Positions 8,139-17,392 are shown, counted from the stretch's first letter. The stretch: DNA of 64,000 bases from a virus (IMGVR_UViG_3300050821_017570:64001-128000); one strand, 5' to 3'. Notes: generated by a model not told the origin, from the letters alone. Translations and numbers: made by a program.

Positions 8139-8563
8139 CAGGTGGTCTCACCACAATGGCGACAGACCCGTGGTTCCACATACACCATATCGGGATCAAG
8201 CGCGTCGCCCAGGACGCTTTCCGAAACCGCATGTTCATGGAGTTCAACACCCGTAGCGGTAAGCAGGCCGGCGTCATTAAGTCGATCCAGGTCCGGAGGT
8301 ATACGAATCATATCAACCGCTTGGACCGCGTAACTGAAGTAATAGCGCCAACTGATACCGCTGGTTGACTTAAAGGGCTCAACCCGGTTCAGATGGGCCT
8401 CCCCAGTCTCACACATCTGGTCCAAGATGGCTTCCAAGTCATCCGGTTGGATCGGCTCTTCTGAATCCAGCACAAGCCGCCACACCAGATAGGTGTCGAC
8501 TTCAACCGGTGATGGTTCCGCTACGGGCTTGGCCGGAGCTGATTTTGCTTTCTTGTGCGTCAT
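8138..8563 (-). CDS. Hypothetical protein
   Basis: 141-aa ORF, C-terminal CRHC. Confidence 0.6.
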   Translation of the reverse strand: MTHKKAKSAPAKPVAEPSPVEVDTYLVWRLVLDSEEPIQPDDLEAILDQMCETGEAHLNRVEPFKSTSGISWRYYFSYAVQAVDMIRIPPDLDRLNDAGLLTATGVELHEHAVSESVLGDALDPDMVYVEPRVCRHCGETT

Positions 8564-8566
8564 ACC

Positions 8567-9106
8567 TTATCCTTGTGACATGTAGGGGTGGTCCATCTCC
8601 GGGGCGGCAGCCGCCTCACCGGTTGGCTTGGGTCGAGCCGTGCAGAACGACGGGTCCGGCCGCTCCATCGTGGCCACTAGGTCTTCCATCTCCAGCTCGG
8701 GAACAAAGTCGTCATCATCCTGATCCGGGGCCTCACCCATACCCTCGTAGGGCTCGTCGGGGGCCTGATCGGTCATCTCGAACGGCATGAGGTCCTCGTT
8801 CGTCAGCTCATCCCGCACCTTCTCGACCGCCATGAAGAGACGATCGATCTCGATCTCGATCTCCTGACGGATCTCACGCCGCACCGGCTGTGGGTCCACC
8901 AGGTTGAGGGCCGCGATGAGTCCTTCCAGGCGACCCGCCAGATTCGCCAGCTCTGAGAGCGCGAACTGCGACTGCTGGGTATCCACGGCCGTGTCGGGCG
9001 CCGTATCGGTGTCATCCGTGCTGTAGAAATCCATTGGTTTGCTTTCTATCGGGCTGTAGCCCTTCGGGTTTTGCTCGCTTTGATCGCTGGAGCGCGCGAC
9101 TAGCAC
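8567..9106 (-). CDS. Acidic hypothetical protein
   Basis: Long ORF with helical core and acidic tails; start uncertain (ATG 9034 possible). Confidence 0.6.
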   Translation of the reverse strand: MLVARSSDQSEQNPKGYSPIESKPMDFYSTDDTDTAPDTAVDTQQSQFALSELANLAGRLEGLIAALNLVDPQPVRREIRQEIEIEIDRLFMAVEKVRDELTNEDLMPFEMTDQAPDEPYEGMGEAPDQDDDDFVPELEMEDLVATMERPDPSFCTARPKPTGEAAAAPEMDHPYMSQG

Positions 9107-9175
9107 ATTCGTGGGCCCTTCGGACCAGCTCAGCGTCGCGCTGCAGCTGGTGGGGATCGTGGGTCAGACGGCCCA

Positions 9176-9409
9176 TCAGAGCCTATCTTCCAGATAGGGA
9201 GTTTCCGTAGGGGTCAAACGAGCGACCTCCCGTTGCAGGAGGTCGACTATCATCAGATGATCCGCTAGCTCAATCCATTTACCCGTATCGTGGGGCCGCA
9301 TGGCCACCAGAACGAACGGGTCATCCACCGGGCTAGGCCGGTACCGAAATATCTTTGGCAGTTGCATGTGGCCCCACCAGGTAATCCAGACAGATGTAGG
9401 TAACCTCAT
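9176..9409 (-). CDS. Hypothetical protein
   Basis: 77-aa ORF in chain. Confidence 0.45.
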   Translation of the reverse strand: MRLPTSVWITWWGHMQLPKIFRYRPSPVDDPFVLVAMRPHDTGKWIELADHLMIVDLLQREVARLTPTETPYLEDRL

Positions 9410-9680
9410 CCGGCAGATCGGTCGTCGCGGTGACGAAGCAGAAGCCTTCCTGAATCGTCAGGTTGGTAACCCGATAGAGCTGGCCAGCCGTCCAGTACTG
9501 GACGCCAGTCAGCCGATACGAAAGGTCCTGAGCCGCTTCGACCCAACAGCCAATGAATAACCGGTCTCGGTATTCGGTTTGGTTGCGAGGCCTGACGACC
9601 ACGCGGGGCGGTGCGGTCCTGTCAACCGCACACGCCCCCCGATCGTGCCCTAACCGTCCACAGTCAGGGCAATAGTGCAT
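9333..9680 (-). CDS. Protein with N-terminal CCHC zinc knuckle
   Basis: TGATG-coupled start; CPDCGRLGHDRGAC = C-x2-C-x4-H-x4-C. Confidence 0.55.
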   Translation of the reverse strand: MHYCPDCGRLGHDRGACAVDRTAPPRVVVRPRNQTEYRDRLFIGCWVEAAQDLSYRLTGVQYWTAGQLYRVTNLTIQEGFCFVTATTDLPDEVTYICLDYLVGPHATAKDISVPA

Positions 9681-9814
9681 CAGAAGCCCTGACGGAACCG
9701 ACGGGTCTGAACGGCCTTGAAGGCTGCCTGACGACGGATGCTCATCTGGCGGGCCTGATTGGCCCGACGGGTGATCCAAGCCTTCTTGGCGGCGCGGCTA
9801 TACTTGGTTGACAT
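9680..9814 (-). CDS. Small basic protein (44 aa) with KAWxTRR motifs
   Basis: Manual translation MSTKYSRAAKKAWITRRANQARQMSIRRQAAFKAVQTRRFRQGF; AAAGGA RBS. Confidence 0.7.
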   Translation of the reverse strand: MSTKYSRAAKKAWITRRANQARQMSIRRQAAFKAVQTRRFRQGF

Positions 9815-9839
9815 GGTTTGATTCCTTTATTCGTGTTGG

Positions 9840-9989
9840 TTACTTGGTCTGCAGATACTTGGAAATAGCATCTGTGATGCGATTCAGTTCGCGCGTAAAC
9901 GCGGCCCTCTTCGCAATATTGCTGCGACGGGCCTGATTGGCCCGACGGGTCGCCACAGCCTTGTGGGCTGCCAGCTGACGCTTACTCAT
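9840..9989 (-). CDS. Small basic protein (49 aa), paralog of 9680-9814
   Basis: Manual translation MSKRQLAAHKAVATRRANQARRSNIAKRAAFTRELNRITDAISKYLQTK. Confidence 0.65.
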   Translation of the reverse strand: MSKRQLAAHKAVATRRANQARRSNIAKRAAFTRELNRITDAISKYLQTK

Positions 9990-10440
9990 CTGTCTCATCG
10001 TACGTCACTTCCGTGTGGCTGTCGGTTTGACAGCGTTGACACAAACATGATAACCAGCCGGTGCGATGCGACACAATCCGGGCGGGCTCACCGCCACAGG
10101 ATTGGCAATGCTTGCCGGCTGCGTTTTCGATCTCGGTAGCTAGCTGCCAGAACCGATCGTAAAGCGACTCAGCTAATGCCTTATCAGCCTTACAGGCCTC
10201 GGTAAGCGGAACTCCGTCGAGATAGAAACGGCATCCACCGAACTTCTCTTTGATCTGTGCGATCGAGATAGGTTCGTCAAAATGCTCTTTTAGTTCCAGA
10301 TAGAGGGCCCACAGGGTGCGACAACCGGTCCGAATCGGTTCATGCCACCCAGGTGGATACTCTACCCGGCACGATCCGAGCATCTCAGGAAACTCAGCGA
10401 CCAATTCCTTGTAGGGAAGGTCGTATTCTTCATCATCCAT
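9982..10440 (-). CDS. Conserved phage protein (GW...QIKEKFG...CxxC...CxxC type)
   Basis: PPGWH, QIKEKFGGCRFY, CQSCG, GWLSCLCQRC; a motif pattern recurrent in phage hypothetical proteins. Confidence 0.65.
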   Translation of the reverse strand: MDDEEYDLPYKELVAEFPEMLGSCRVEYPPGWHEPIRTGCRTLWALYLELKEHFDEPISIAQIKEKFGGCRFYLDGVPLTEACKADKALAESLYDRFWQLATEIENAAGKHCQSCGGEPARIVSHRTGWLSCLCQRCQTDSHTEVTYDETDE

Positions 10441-11170
10441 ACGGTGGTGGATCCTTTGCTTGTTCCTCACATAGCTCACGTGCTAGCCAAATATGGTAGT
10501 CGATCACCACTTCCTCCCAAACCCGCAGATCGGGTTCTCGTCGGAGGCTACTTCTGATTTCGGCCAATCCGGCAAGCTCGGTAGCTTCTCGGAATCGATC
10601 TTGCCATTCATTATAGCTAAGACCCGCCTGTTTCACCTGCATGAGTGACTCTGCCATCCTTCGGTCAAAGTCACTCACTCGAACCGGCCAGGTGCCGTTT
10701 TCGAGACAAAACCACAACTGCCACAGTGTCCTAAGCGCATGGTGTTGGGCTTTCCGGCACTGACGCTCGCCTGGAGCGCCACGCTGGAACCACTTCTCCA
10801 CATCACGCTGTTGACCCTTGCAGAACCCGTGGATCGCCTTCGTCATTGGGTCGCTAGCGAGGCTGAATCGCTTGAGACTCAAGAGTTTGTCGCCCCACGG
10901 ATCACGTTCTACGATACATTCGTCTGGCGCCCAAAGGGTATCCAGATGTGTGAAGCTGCTTTTGCAGCCCACTAGGAAACAGAATTTTCGGAAAGACTCG
11001 AAACAAATATCAAGTTCCCCTTCGGGACGATACTGCTCGAATGCACTAAACCCTACCAGGTGAGAAAGCGTGCCCTGCCAACAGACGCCTCTATAATCGA
11101 AATCCGACTCAGCGGTGTGGAAGCCATAGGCACGCGATCCACCAATCACTTTGAGATGTTGTCGTTCCAA
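10433..11170 (-). CDS. DNA pol-beta superfamily nucleotidyltransferase (YcgL/RlaP-like)
   Basis: GGSRAYG and SDFDYRGV (GS...DxD) motifs. Confidence 0.8.
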   Translation of the reverse strand: MERQHLKVIGGSRAYGFHTAESDFDYRGVCWQGTLSHLVGFSAFEQYRPEGELDICFESFRKFCFLVGCKSSFTHLDTLWAPDECIVERDPWGDKLLSLKRFSLASDPMTKAIHGFCKGQQRDVEKWFQRGAPGERQCRKAQHHALRTLWQLWFCLENGTWPVRVSDFDRRMAESLMQVKQAGLSYNEWQDRFREATELAGLAEIRSSLRREPDLRVWEEVVIDYHIWLARELCEEQAKDPPPYG

Positions 11171-11181
11171 TCGGCCCCTCC

Positions 11182-12294
11182 TTAGGTGTCGTGAGTGGCT
11201 AGATAGTCCGAGCTACGTTGTTTCAGAATCAACCTGCCAAGCTTCGGATCACGCTGCTCACGCATTGGGCGAATAACTATGCCCTCGCGAAGCGTATCAC
11301 CCAGCACGGATCTACCTGTGCTAGCCTGATCCATACTGGTATAGCCGTTCTCGGTCATCCATTCACGCAGCGTCCGTCCCTTCGACAACACGGGCGCCAC
11401 ATAATCGTAGCCATCCAGGACCTCATAGAACTTCTCGGCATCGATCGGTTCGGAGTCTACCTCGATATCAAAAAGCCTCACATGAAGCTCTTTGAATCCA
11501 TAGATGTTCCCATTCATGCCTGGACCCAACAGCTCACCACGCACGGTGATGAGGTGACGACCAGGGAAGAATCGGGTACTCAGGTGGATCAGAATGTCTT
11601 CCAGGTGCGAAGCTTTGGCACCAACGTGCCAGTTAGTCACCGGGTCAACCAGCAGAAGACGTCGGCTGCAGTAGAGGAATCCCCTGTCAGGATCCAAGCT
11701 AACCGATGCGTGCGAACCTTCCATCTTCTCCGTCGCCACGACCGGTTGATCCATCAGGTCCTCGACCTGCCGTTTGAATCGAGCGCATGACTCAAGGTCA
11801 TACATCGAGACACCCGTCGGCAGCGTCATGGTACGCGAGCCATGGTTGTGGCCGCCACTGATACGCTCCTCTGGTTCCCACTTCACAATGCCCAGCACGG
11901 TAGAGTAGTCGACCGGTTCACCATGTGGGGTTGCGGCAGCTGACGCCATGTCGGCGACCAGACACTGGTGAGCTGCGGTCTGATAGTCGGGGTGATCCAG
12001 CAGACTCGTGTTGGCAACCACACCCTGCGAGATCTCCTGACGCAACCGTATGGTCTTCACACGATTCTTGTCCTTACCCGACAGCTTCCCCGTGAGGCCT
12101 ATCTTGTCCGTCACATGGGTCGGAAGGATCGAGTCGACCGGGAAGTACAGTACCTTGTCACCGGGCTGAAATTGGCCTTTGGCCACGACGAACTGATAAT
12201 CGATATCGGCCAATTTGGCTAGGTCGAGCCTATCCGCATTCGGATGTGGCCATACCTTCTCGATTGTCTCGATACGAATGTACCAGCTGGACAT
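11182..12294 (-). CDS. ATP-dependent RNA ligase (DRB0094/Rnl2-like, N-terminal OB domain)
   Basis: N-terminal HPNADRLDLA OB fold; motif I TEKMEGS; RGELLGPG; LREGIVIRP; LILKQRS. Confidence 0.88.
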   Translation of the reverse strand: MSSWYIRIETIEKVWPHPNADRLDLAKLADIDYQFVVAKGQFQPGDKVLYFPVDSILPTHVTDKIGLTGKLSGKDKNRVKTIRLRQEISQGVVANTSLLDHPDYQTAAHQCLVADMASAAATPHGEPVDYSTVLGIVKWEPEERISGGHNHGSRTMTLPTGVSMYDLESCARFKRQVEDLMDQPVVATEKMEGSHASVSLDPDRGFLYCSRRLLLVDPVTNWHVGAKASHLEDILIHLSTRFFPGRHLITVRGELLGPGMNGNIYGFKELHVRLFDIEVDSEPIDAEKFYEVLDGYDYVAPVLSKGRTLREWMTENGYTSMDQASTGRSVLGDTLREGIVIRPMREQRDPKLGRLILKQRSSDYLATHDT

Positions 12295-12623
12295 TAGTCG
12301 TCCTCGATATCGCCGTCAGAGTCCGCATCCATGTCCAGATCAGCATCCATGTCCTCAAGTGGATCATGGTCATGGAAGCTAACGAACTTCTCTTCCTCTT
12401 CATCGGGCTCAGTATGCAGGCCATCGAATGGCGGCACCTGCATGGCCGGATGATCGATGAATGCCTGCATCTGCTCTTCGGACATCGTGTCCAGGGCGGC
12501 CGTCAGGGCGGTGGCCATCGCCTCATAGATGAGACCAAGCTCATGGGCCGGCTTCATGCCATCCGTGTGGCCAGCGATGCTATCGAAAACACTCTCAACG
12601 ATACTCTCAGGGGTGAGATCCAT
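12294..12623 (-). CDS. Acidic hypothetical protein
   Basis: 109-aa ORF, very D/E-rich C-terminus. Confidence 0.55.
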   Translation of the reverse strand: MDLTPESIVESVFDSIAGHTDGMKPAHELGLIYEAMATALTAALDTMSEEQMQAFIDHPAMQVPPFDGLHTEPDEEEEKFVSFHDHDPLEDMDADLDMDADSDGDIEDD

Positions 12624-12661
12624 GTGGACTCTTTCCTACAAAGGTAACTACAAAAGGTGAT

Positions 12662-13258
12662 TCAAGCCGCTGGCGGCTCAACAGGTGCGGCCGGCAAAGC
12701 CAGCTGGCGCTCCTGAGCTATCCTGATGAGATAGCGGGTGTCCTCTTCGAGCCGATCGCTCAGAAAGGGATTCGCGTCATGGAGAACCTGATTCAGCTGA
12801 AGCGTTTCCTCCCCATACTGGATACAGAACCCATAGTCGGTGCACTGATCGCGATGCACACAATTGATCGTTTCATTCACGTTGTCGCGACGATCCAACA
12901 GCTTCAGCAGCTTGGAGCGCCGCGGGATCGTACGGATCCGATCCCAGTCTGATTGCTTCTGCTGCTCACGTGTCAAACCAGGCAGCTTGACATTCGTCAT
13001 GTCCTGAACGATCCACCCGACCGCATCGCCAAACAGCATAACGATCAGATCGATCGGGCACTTCTGAGGTTGGTCCTCTATTGAATCGTGAAGCCATGCC
13101 GCCGCTACCATCTCAGGACTGGTGCCCCAGATGATGGAGGCCTGAGCCGCTACCCTGGCGCAGTGGGTGTGGTAGGGGTCCCCACTATATTTACGCTTCT
13201 GGTCAGCATGCACCCACAGACAAAATCTGGAAACCTGTTCCAAGTCAATCGGCATCAT
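12662..13258 (-). CDS. HD-domain phosphohydrolase, RelA/SpoT (Mesh1)-like
   Basis: HADQKRKYSGDPYHTH, AAWLHDSIED, LKLLDRRDN as in (p)ppGpp hydrolase HD domains. Confidence 0.8.
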   Translation of the reverse strand: MMPIDLEQVSRFCLWVHADQKRKYSGDPYHTHCARVAAQASIIWGTSPEMVAAAWLHDSIEDQPQKCPIDLIVMLFGDAVGWIVQDMTNVKLPGLTREQQKQSDWDRIRTIPRRSKLLKLLDRRDNVNETINCVHRDQCTDYGFCIQYGEETLQLNQVLHDANPFLSDRLEEDTRYLIRIAQERQLALPAAPVEPPAA

Positions 13259-13632
13259 GGTTTGCTCTGTCGGGGATCATGCCGTGCGTGAGGGCGTCGG
13301 GCCCGCTCCTTGAGCCGACGATCGAGTTCTGAGGAGTCAAAGCTTCCCTCAGGCAGATCGCCAAGCGCCATAAGCCGCTTGCGCAACAGCACCAGAACAT
13401 CCTGGGTTGAGAAGCCACGGAATGGGCTATCACAACCAGGAGCGTCCACCACATCCATAATCATGCTGTTGACCAGCTGAATCGCCTGCTCTTTGGCCAG
13501 ATGTTCCATCTCGGTCAGCTTGGGGCGCGCCGCCTCCATAATGACCCGAACGGCTATCGAACGCTCCTCCGGTGTCGGCTTATCCATGGCTCGCTGAAGC
13601 TCGTGTGTGAGGTCGTTGAAGAAATCATGCAT
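13255..13632 (-). CDS. Hypothetical protein
   Basis: ORF from MHDFFNDL. Confidence 0.55.
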   Translation of the reverse strand: MHDFFNDLTHELQRAMDKPTPEERSIAVRVIMEAARPKLTEMEHLAKEQAIQLVNSMIMDVVDAPGCDSPFRGFSTQDVLVLLRKRLMALGDLPEGSFDSSELDRRLKERARRPHARHDPRQSKP

Positions 13633-14116
13633 TGTCGTCATCCTCAGGTTCATCGTAGTCTTCATCCTCATCTTCATCTTCGTCTTGATCCTCATCACCA
13701 TCCGGATGGGGTGTGGCCGGTATGCCGCGGAACCACTCTTCATTACCCAGCTCGGGTTCCCAAATCAGCCGCACGAGTGAGAATGCTATCTCGTAGGTAC
13801 CACGAGCCTCCTCAGATCCGGTTGGGAAAAGGTAATAGGGTACCGATATCCGGGTATTGGGTGGCAGACAGCCAGTTAGCCAGTGGTACTCATCACCCTG
13901 ATAACCTATCCTGAAACCGCCGATATGACTGGTGGCCATTTCGGTTCCGTCGGGAGCCGAACTAAGCAACCAACCGAATACTCGGTCTTCATAGTCATCG
14001 CGATCCGGACTAATTATGACAGCCGTATACCGCTGGTCGAAGCATTGCCAGATCTGACCTTTCGATAGCAGTGGTAACGCTTCGTTTACCGGCTTTACAG
14101 CCCGTGTTCTCGTCAT
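13625..14116 (-). CDS. GQIW-family protein #24, extended, with acidic tail
   Basis: LSKGQIWQCFDQ...SLVRLIWEPE, then a D/E-rich tail. Confidence 0.7.
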   Translation of the reverse strand: MTRTRAVKPVNEALPLLSKGQIWQCFDQRYTAVIISPDRDDYEDRVFGWLLSSAPDGTEMATSHIGGFRIGYQGDEYHWLTGCLPPNTRISVPYYLFPTGSEEARGTYEIAFSLVRLIWEPELGNEEWFRGIPATPHPDGDEDQDEDEDEDEDYDEPEDDDNA

Positions 14117-14167
14117 AGGTTGCCCTTATTCCTATTGTATTGGTTTTTTGATTCATATCATATCGCA

Positions 14168-14776
14168 ATGCATACTAAAATTTGCACCAAGTGTAAGACG
14201 CCTCTGCCGCTAAGTATGTTTCATAAGCATACTAACGCAAAAGACGGGCACCGTGCGAGATGTAAAGCCTGCATATCGGTGGCGAGCGAAATTTACTATC
14301 AGAAAAATGAAGCACGTATAAAAGAACGTGTAAACGCGTCTCGCGTTGAACATCCTGACCGTAAACAGGCTACAAATCGAGCATACAGGAAAAATAACCG
14401 TGCTAAGAAAAATGAGTGGGCTAAAAAGTGGTTAGCTGAAAAATATCATTCAGATATCGAATTCAAGCTGACTAGTGGGCTGAGGTGCCGCTTATATCAA
14501 GCTCTTAAAAATAGTCACAAAGCCGCTGCAACATTAGAACTCTTAGGGTGTACTATCAGTGAATTAAAAATACACCTAGAATCGAAATTTTTACCTGGCA
14601 TGACTTGGGAAAACCACACACGTGATGGCTGGCATGTAGATCACATCATCCCGTGTGCTGCATTCGACCTCACCAAAGAGGAAGAGCAGCGTAAGTGTTT
14701 CCACTACACAAACTTGCAGCCATTGTGGTGGTTTGACAATATTAAAAAAGCCGCAACGATACCATATTCACACTAA
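14168..14776 (+). CDS. Free-standing HNH homing endonuclease
   Basis: N-terminal CTKC...CKAC; WHVDHIIPC...HYTNLQPLWWFDNIKK; AT-rich, opposite strand. Confidence 0.8.
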   Translation: MHTKICTKCKTPLPLSMFHKHTNAKDGHRARCKACISVASEIYYQKNEARIKERVNASRVEHPDRKQATNRAYRKNNRAKKNEWAKKWLAEKYHSDIEFKLTSGLRCRLYQALKNSHKAAATLELLGCTISELKIHLESKFLPGMTWENHTRDGWHVDHIIPCAAFDLTKEEEQRKCFHYTNLQPLWWFDNIKKAATIPYSH

Positions 14777-15334
14777 TCTAACAGGTGCATAGTGATCTGG
14801 TATATATTGGTCGGCTAATACGAACCTTTCTCCTGTAGGATGAAACCCCCATTTGCGAATACGTGGGCCTGTCGTTACAAGCGACCATGTGTTTGGCTTA
14901 AGCCGGCACACAGAGTGCAGATCCGTTGCTTCGTGTTCAATTGTGTCACCAGCAACATGTTCATGAACATGTTGACTAATACGAGGGCCTAACACCGAAC
15001 CTAGCTTCCACGTCGACACCGGCAACTGTTCGCTATACCCTCCATTTAAAAGATGAGTGCGAAACCACCACGGATGGTCGTGTAGGCTGGGGTCGGTATC
15101 TGGACGAAAAAATCTATGAATCATGGTGGAATTAGCTGACTGCAATCCACCGTCCTCAGAATCAATCAAAGGCTTTGTGAGCCAACAACGAAGCATATAA
15201 GCGTCATTGTCGCTGCGAGATGTAATAATGATAAAATGGTGCTGTTGAATGGCTTGAAATGCCGCCTGTTCCCACCATTTGGCAGAATCAGACCATTTGG
15301 TCTCAGCTAGCTCTAGCACTTGTTCTGGTTTCAT
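14768..15334 (-). CDS. Cupin-like protein
   Basis: IHRF...LHDHPW...GGYSE and DLHSV...WSLVTTGPR cupin motifs. Confidence 0.65.
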   Translation of the reverse strand: MKPEQVLELAETKWSDSAKWWEQAAFQAIQQHHFIIITSRSDNDAYMLRCWLTKPLIDSEDGGLQSANSTMIHRFFRPDTDPSLHDHPWWFRTHLLNGGYSEQLPVSTWKLGSVLGPRISQHVHEHVAGDTIEHEATDLHSVCRLKPNTWSLVTTGPRIRKWGFHPTGERFVLADQYIPDHYAPVRLV

Positions 15335-15350
15335 ATCTACCCCTCAAATA

Positions 15351-15377
15351 GAAAAAGGCCCCCTTGCGGAGGCCTTT
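15351..15377 (-). terminator. Rho-independent terminator
   Basis: Minus strand AAAGGCCTCC-GCAA-GGGGGCCTTTTTC. Confidence 0.75.
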
Positions 15378-15380
15378 CGA

Positions 15381-16400
15381 TCAGGTTGTCGCTGGCGGTT
15401 GTATAGGTTCAGCAGCTGGTTTAGCCTCACCAGCCGGGACAAGCGTTGCGGTATAGTTGGCCGCAGCCTTCAGGGCACCAAACACATTGGTTGACTGATC
15501 AAACGGTTCCAACACCGGTTGCAGGGCTGGAATCATCGTCATGGCTTCCTTGAGTACCGTGCGGATCAGCTCGGGCTCAGCCGTCTTGTTGGCGGCCAGG
15601 AACTGTAGCTTGGCATTGAAGTTCAGAAGCAGCTCCTCAGCCGTAACCGTCACGGTCGGAACCAGCACGGTCGTCCGGTAGTGCTTACGGGTCGCATCCT
15701 CGTTCAGCTGCATGCGTAGCCACTCACACGCCACGCCTGCCAGGTCCTCAATCTTGAAGTCACCTGATAGGTCAGGCTGCAGCTTCAGCTCGGGATTCTC
15801 CATACCGAACCGAACCAGCCGCATATCGAGCTTAGGACACTGGATGCAGGCCAGCTTCAGCACATTCAGAAGATCGGTCTGGGCCTGCTGGAAAGGTCCC
15901 ATTTCGCCGATGTCACGTGCTGCATTGAAACGCTTGATGTAGTCGGACAGGGCTTCGAAGTTATCCACCATCTTGGCACGCTCGTACTCGGTCAGATCGA
16001 CCGTCGCGTCTGCCGCAGCCCCGCTCTGAACGCCACTGATCAGCTTCTCGACTCGGAACGCGCCTTCGAAATCCGTCATCTTGGCCAGCTTGAAATCCTG
16101 GGCCCAAAACAACCGTGACGCAGTAGTTGGGTAGAAGCCAGTGCCGTCATCCTTACCAATTGGCTGGTAGTGGTTCTCACCCAGCTTGGCAAACACAACA
16201 CCGTTTTCGATCAAGATGCCGGTCTGACGCCACAGGAAGTTCTCATCCTTGCGGGTCACCAGCATCGAGCCCTCATTGGCCGCCAGCACGTCCTGCAGCA
16301 TACCAAGCCACGCATAGAGCGCGGTCCGATTGGTCGCTGCCGTCTCTGGGGTGATGGAGTCGATAACGAGAGGTGTCTTCTTGCCAGTCTGGTCAGTCAT
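15381..16400 (-). CDS. Hypothetical protein (339 aa)
   Basis: Long ORF, AAGG RBS, followed by terminator. Confidence 0.75.
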   Translation of the reverse strand: MTDQTGKKTPLVIDSITPETAATNRTALYAWLGMLQDVLAANEGSMLVTRKDENFLWRQTGILIENGVVFAKLGENHYQPIGKDDGTGFYPTTASRLFWAQDFKLAKMTDFEGAFRVEKLISGVQSGAAADATVDLTEYERAKMVDNFEALSDYIKRFNAARDIGEMGPFQQAQTDLLNVLKLACIQCPKLDMRLVRFGMENPELKLQPDLSGDFKIEDLAGVACEWLRMQLNEDATRKHYRTTVLVPTVTVTAEELLLNFNAKLQFLAANKTAEPELIRTVLKEAMTMIPALQPVLEPFDQSTNVFGALKAAANYTATLVPAGEAKPAAEPIQPPATT

Positions 16401-16443
16401 TGGGTACCTTTGGTGGCCCCATCATGACGGATTTTACGCTACG

Positions 16444-17040
16444 TCAACTAGGTTTTGGATGCTTTTCCAACAGCATGTGAATGATCTGTTCGGGCGTTGC
16501 GTGTGGATTGTTCAGCAGGATCTGCTGCATCACCTTATCGAGCCGCACCGCATCAACCCCCAGCTGACCCAACGCTAACGCCACGGTCGTGGACCGTGGG
16601 TCCGAAGGGAGCAGTGAAAGCCCCTTGGTGGCTAACGTTTCGACAATCGCCGTAAGCGGCTTGGGCCCAAATCCCTTAACCACCTCACGCAGCTCATCAA
16701 TCGAACGTGATTGCACCGCACGACCGATTCGCTCGATTCCGGCCTGTGTGACAAAGCTATGCGCTTTAGAGGGTCCTATCCCGTCGGTCTTTGCCACCAG
16801 CTTGGCCAGTTCACGATCGTGTACATCAGGAAACCCAAACAAAACGTCCTGACCTGCCAATTCACTGAATACGTGCCAAATCCAAACCCCAGTATTGGGT
16901 TTGGCGAACAGCTGATCGAATCCTGGCCACACCCGAATCTCGTACCCAACCGCATAACCCGCAACCGAACAGACCTGCAGGATGGCTGATGTTGAATCAG
17001 GCGACACCCAGATAGGGCAACCGATCAGATAGCCGATCAT
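16444..17040 (-). CDS. ruvA: Holliday junction branch migration protein RuvA
   Basis: MIGYLIG N-terminus, VGYEI, HhH DGIGPSKA, second HhH KGFGPK, C-terminal ALALGQLG domain III. Confidence 0.75.
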   Translation of the reverse strand: MIGYLIGCPIWVSPDSTSAILQVCSVAGYAVGYEIRVWPGFDQLFAKPNTGVWIWHVFSELAGQDVLFGFPDVHDRELAKLVAKTDGIGPSKAHSFVTQAGIERIGRAVQSRSIDELREVVKGFGPKPLTAIVETLATKGLSLLPSDPRSTTVALALGQLGVDAVRLDKVMQQILLNNPHATPEQIIHMLLEKHPKPS

Positions 17041-17041
17041 G

Positions 17042-17293
17042 TTAGACTTTCTTCAGTTTGCGTTTCACTGGCTTTGAAGGTACCTGCACGGGGAGAGCGG
17101 CGGTCGGAAGTTGGACACCTGTATGGTTGAAGACCAACAGGCTCACCACGGGGTCAACCTCGGGGCGCCGCATCGCAATCAGGAGGGCCCCACCCGACAT
17201 GTTGAGTCTCATCGCTATCGTGGCCTGCCACAAACTACCATACCGGGTAACCAGAACGGCTCGTGCCTGCTCAACCAACCCATCGTGTTCCAT
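17042..17293 (-). CDS. Hypothetical protein
   Basis: 83-aa ORF. Confidence 0.5.
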   Translation of the reverse strand: MEHDGLVEQARAVLVTRYGSLWQATIAMRLNMSGGALLIAMRRPEVDPVVSLLVFNHTGVQLPTAALPVQVPSKPVKRKLKKV

Positions 17294-17331
17294 GCCTGGC
17301 AGTAAATCACGAGGGGGCTAGATGTCCAACC

Positions 17332-17365
17332 AAAACAACTAACCCCAGGAACATCCTGGGGTTAG
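17332..17365 (-). terminator. Probable terminator hairpin
   Basis: 11-bp perfect stem CTAACCCCAGG/CCTGGGGTTAG with TTGTTTT tail on minus strand. Confidence 0.6.
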
Positions 17366-17392
17366 ACACTACCTTACATGGATAGCGTTTTG

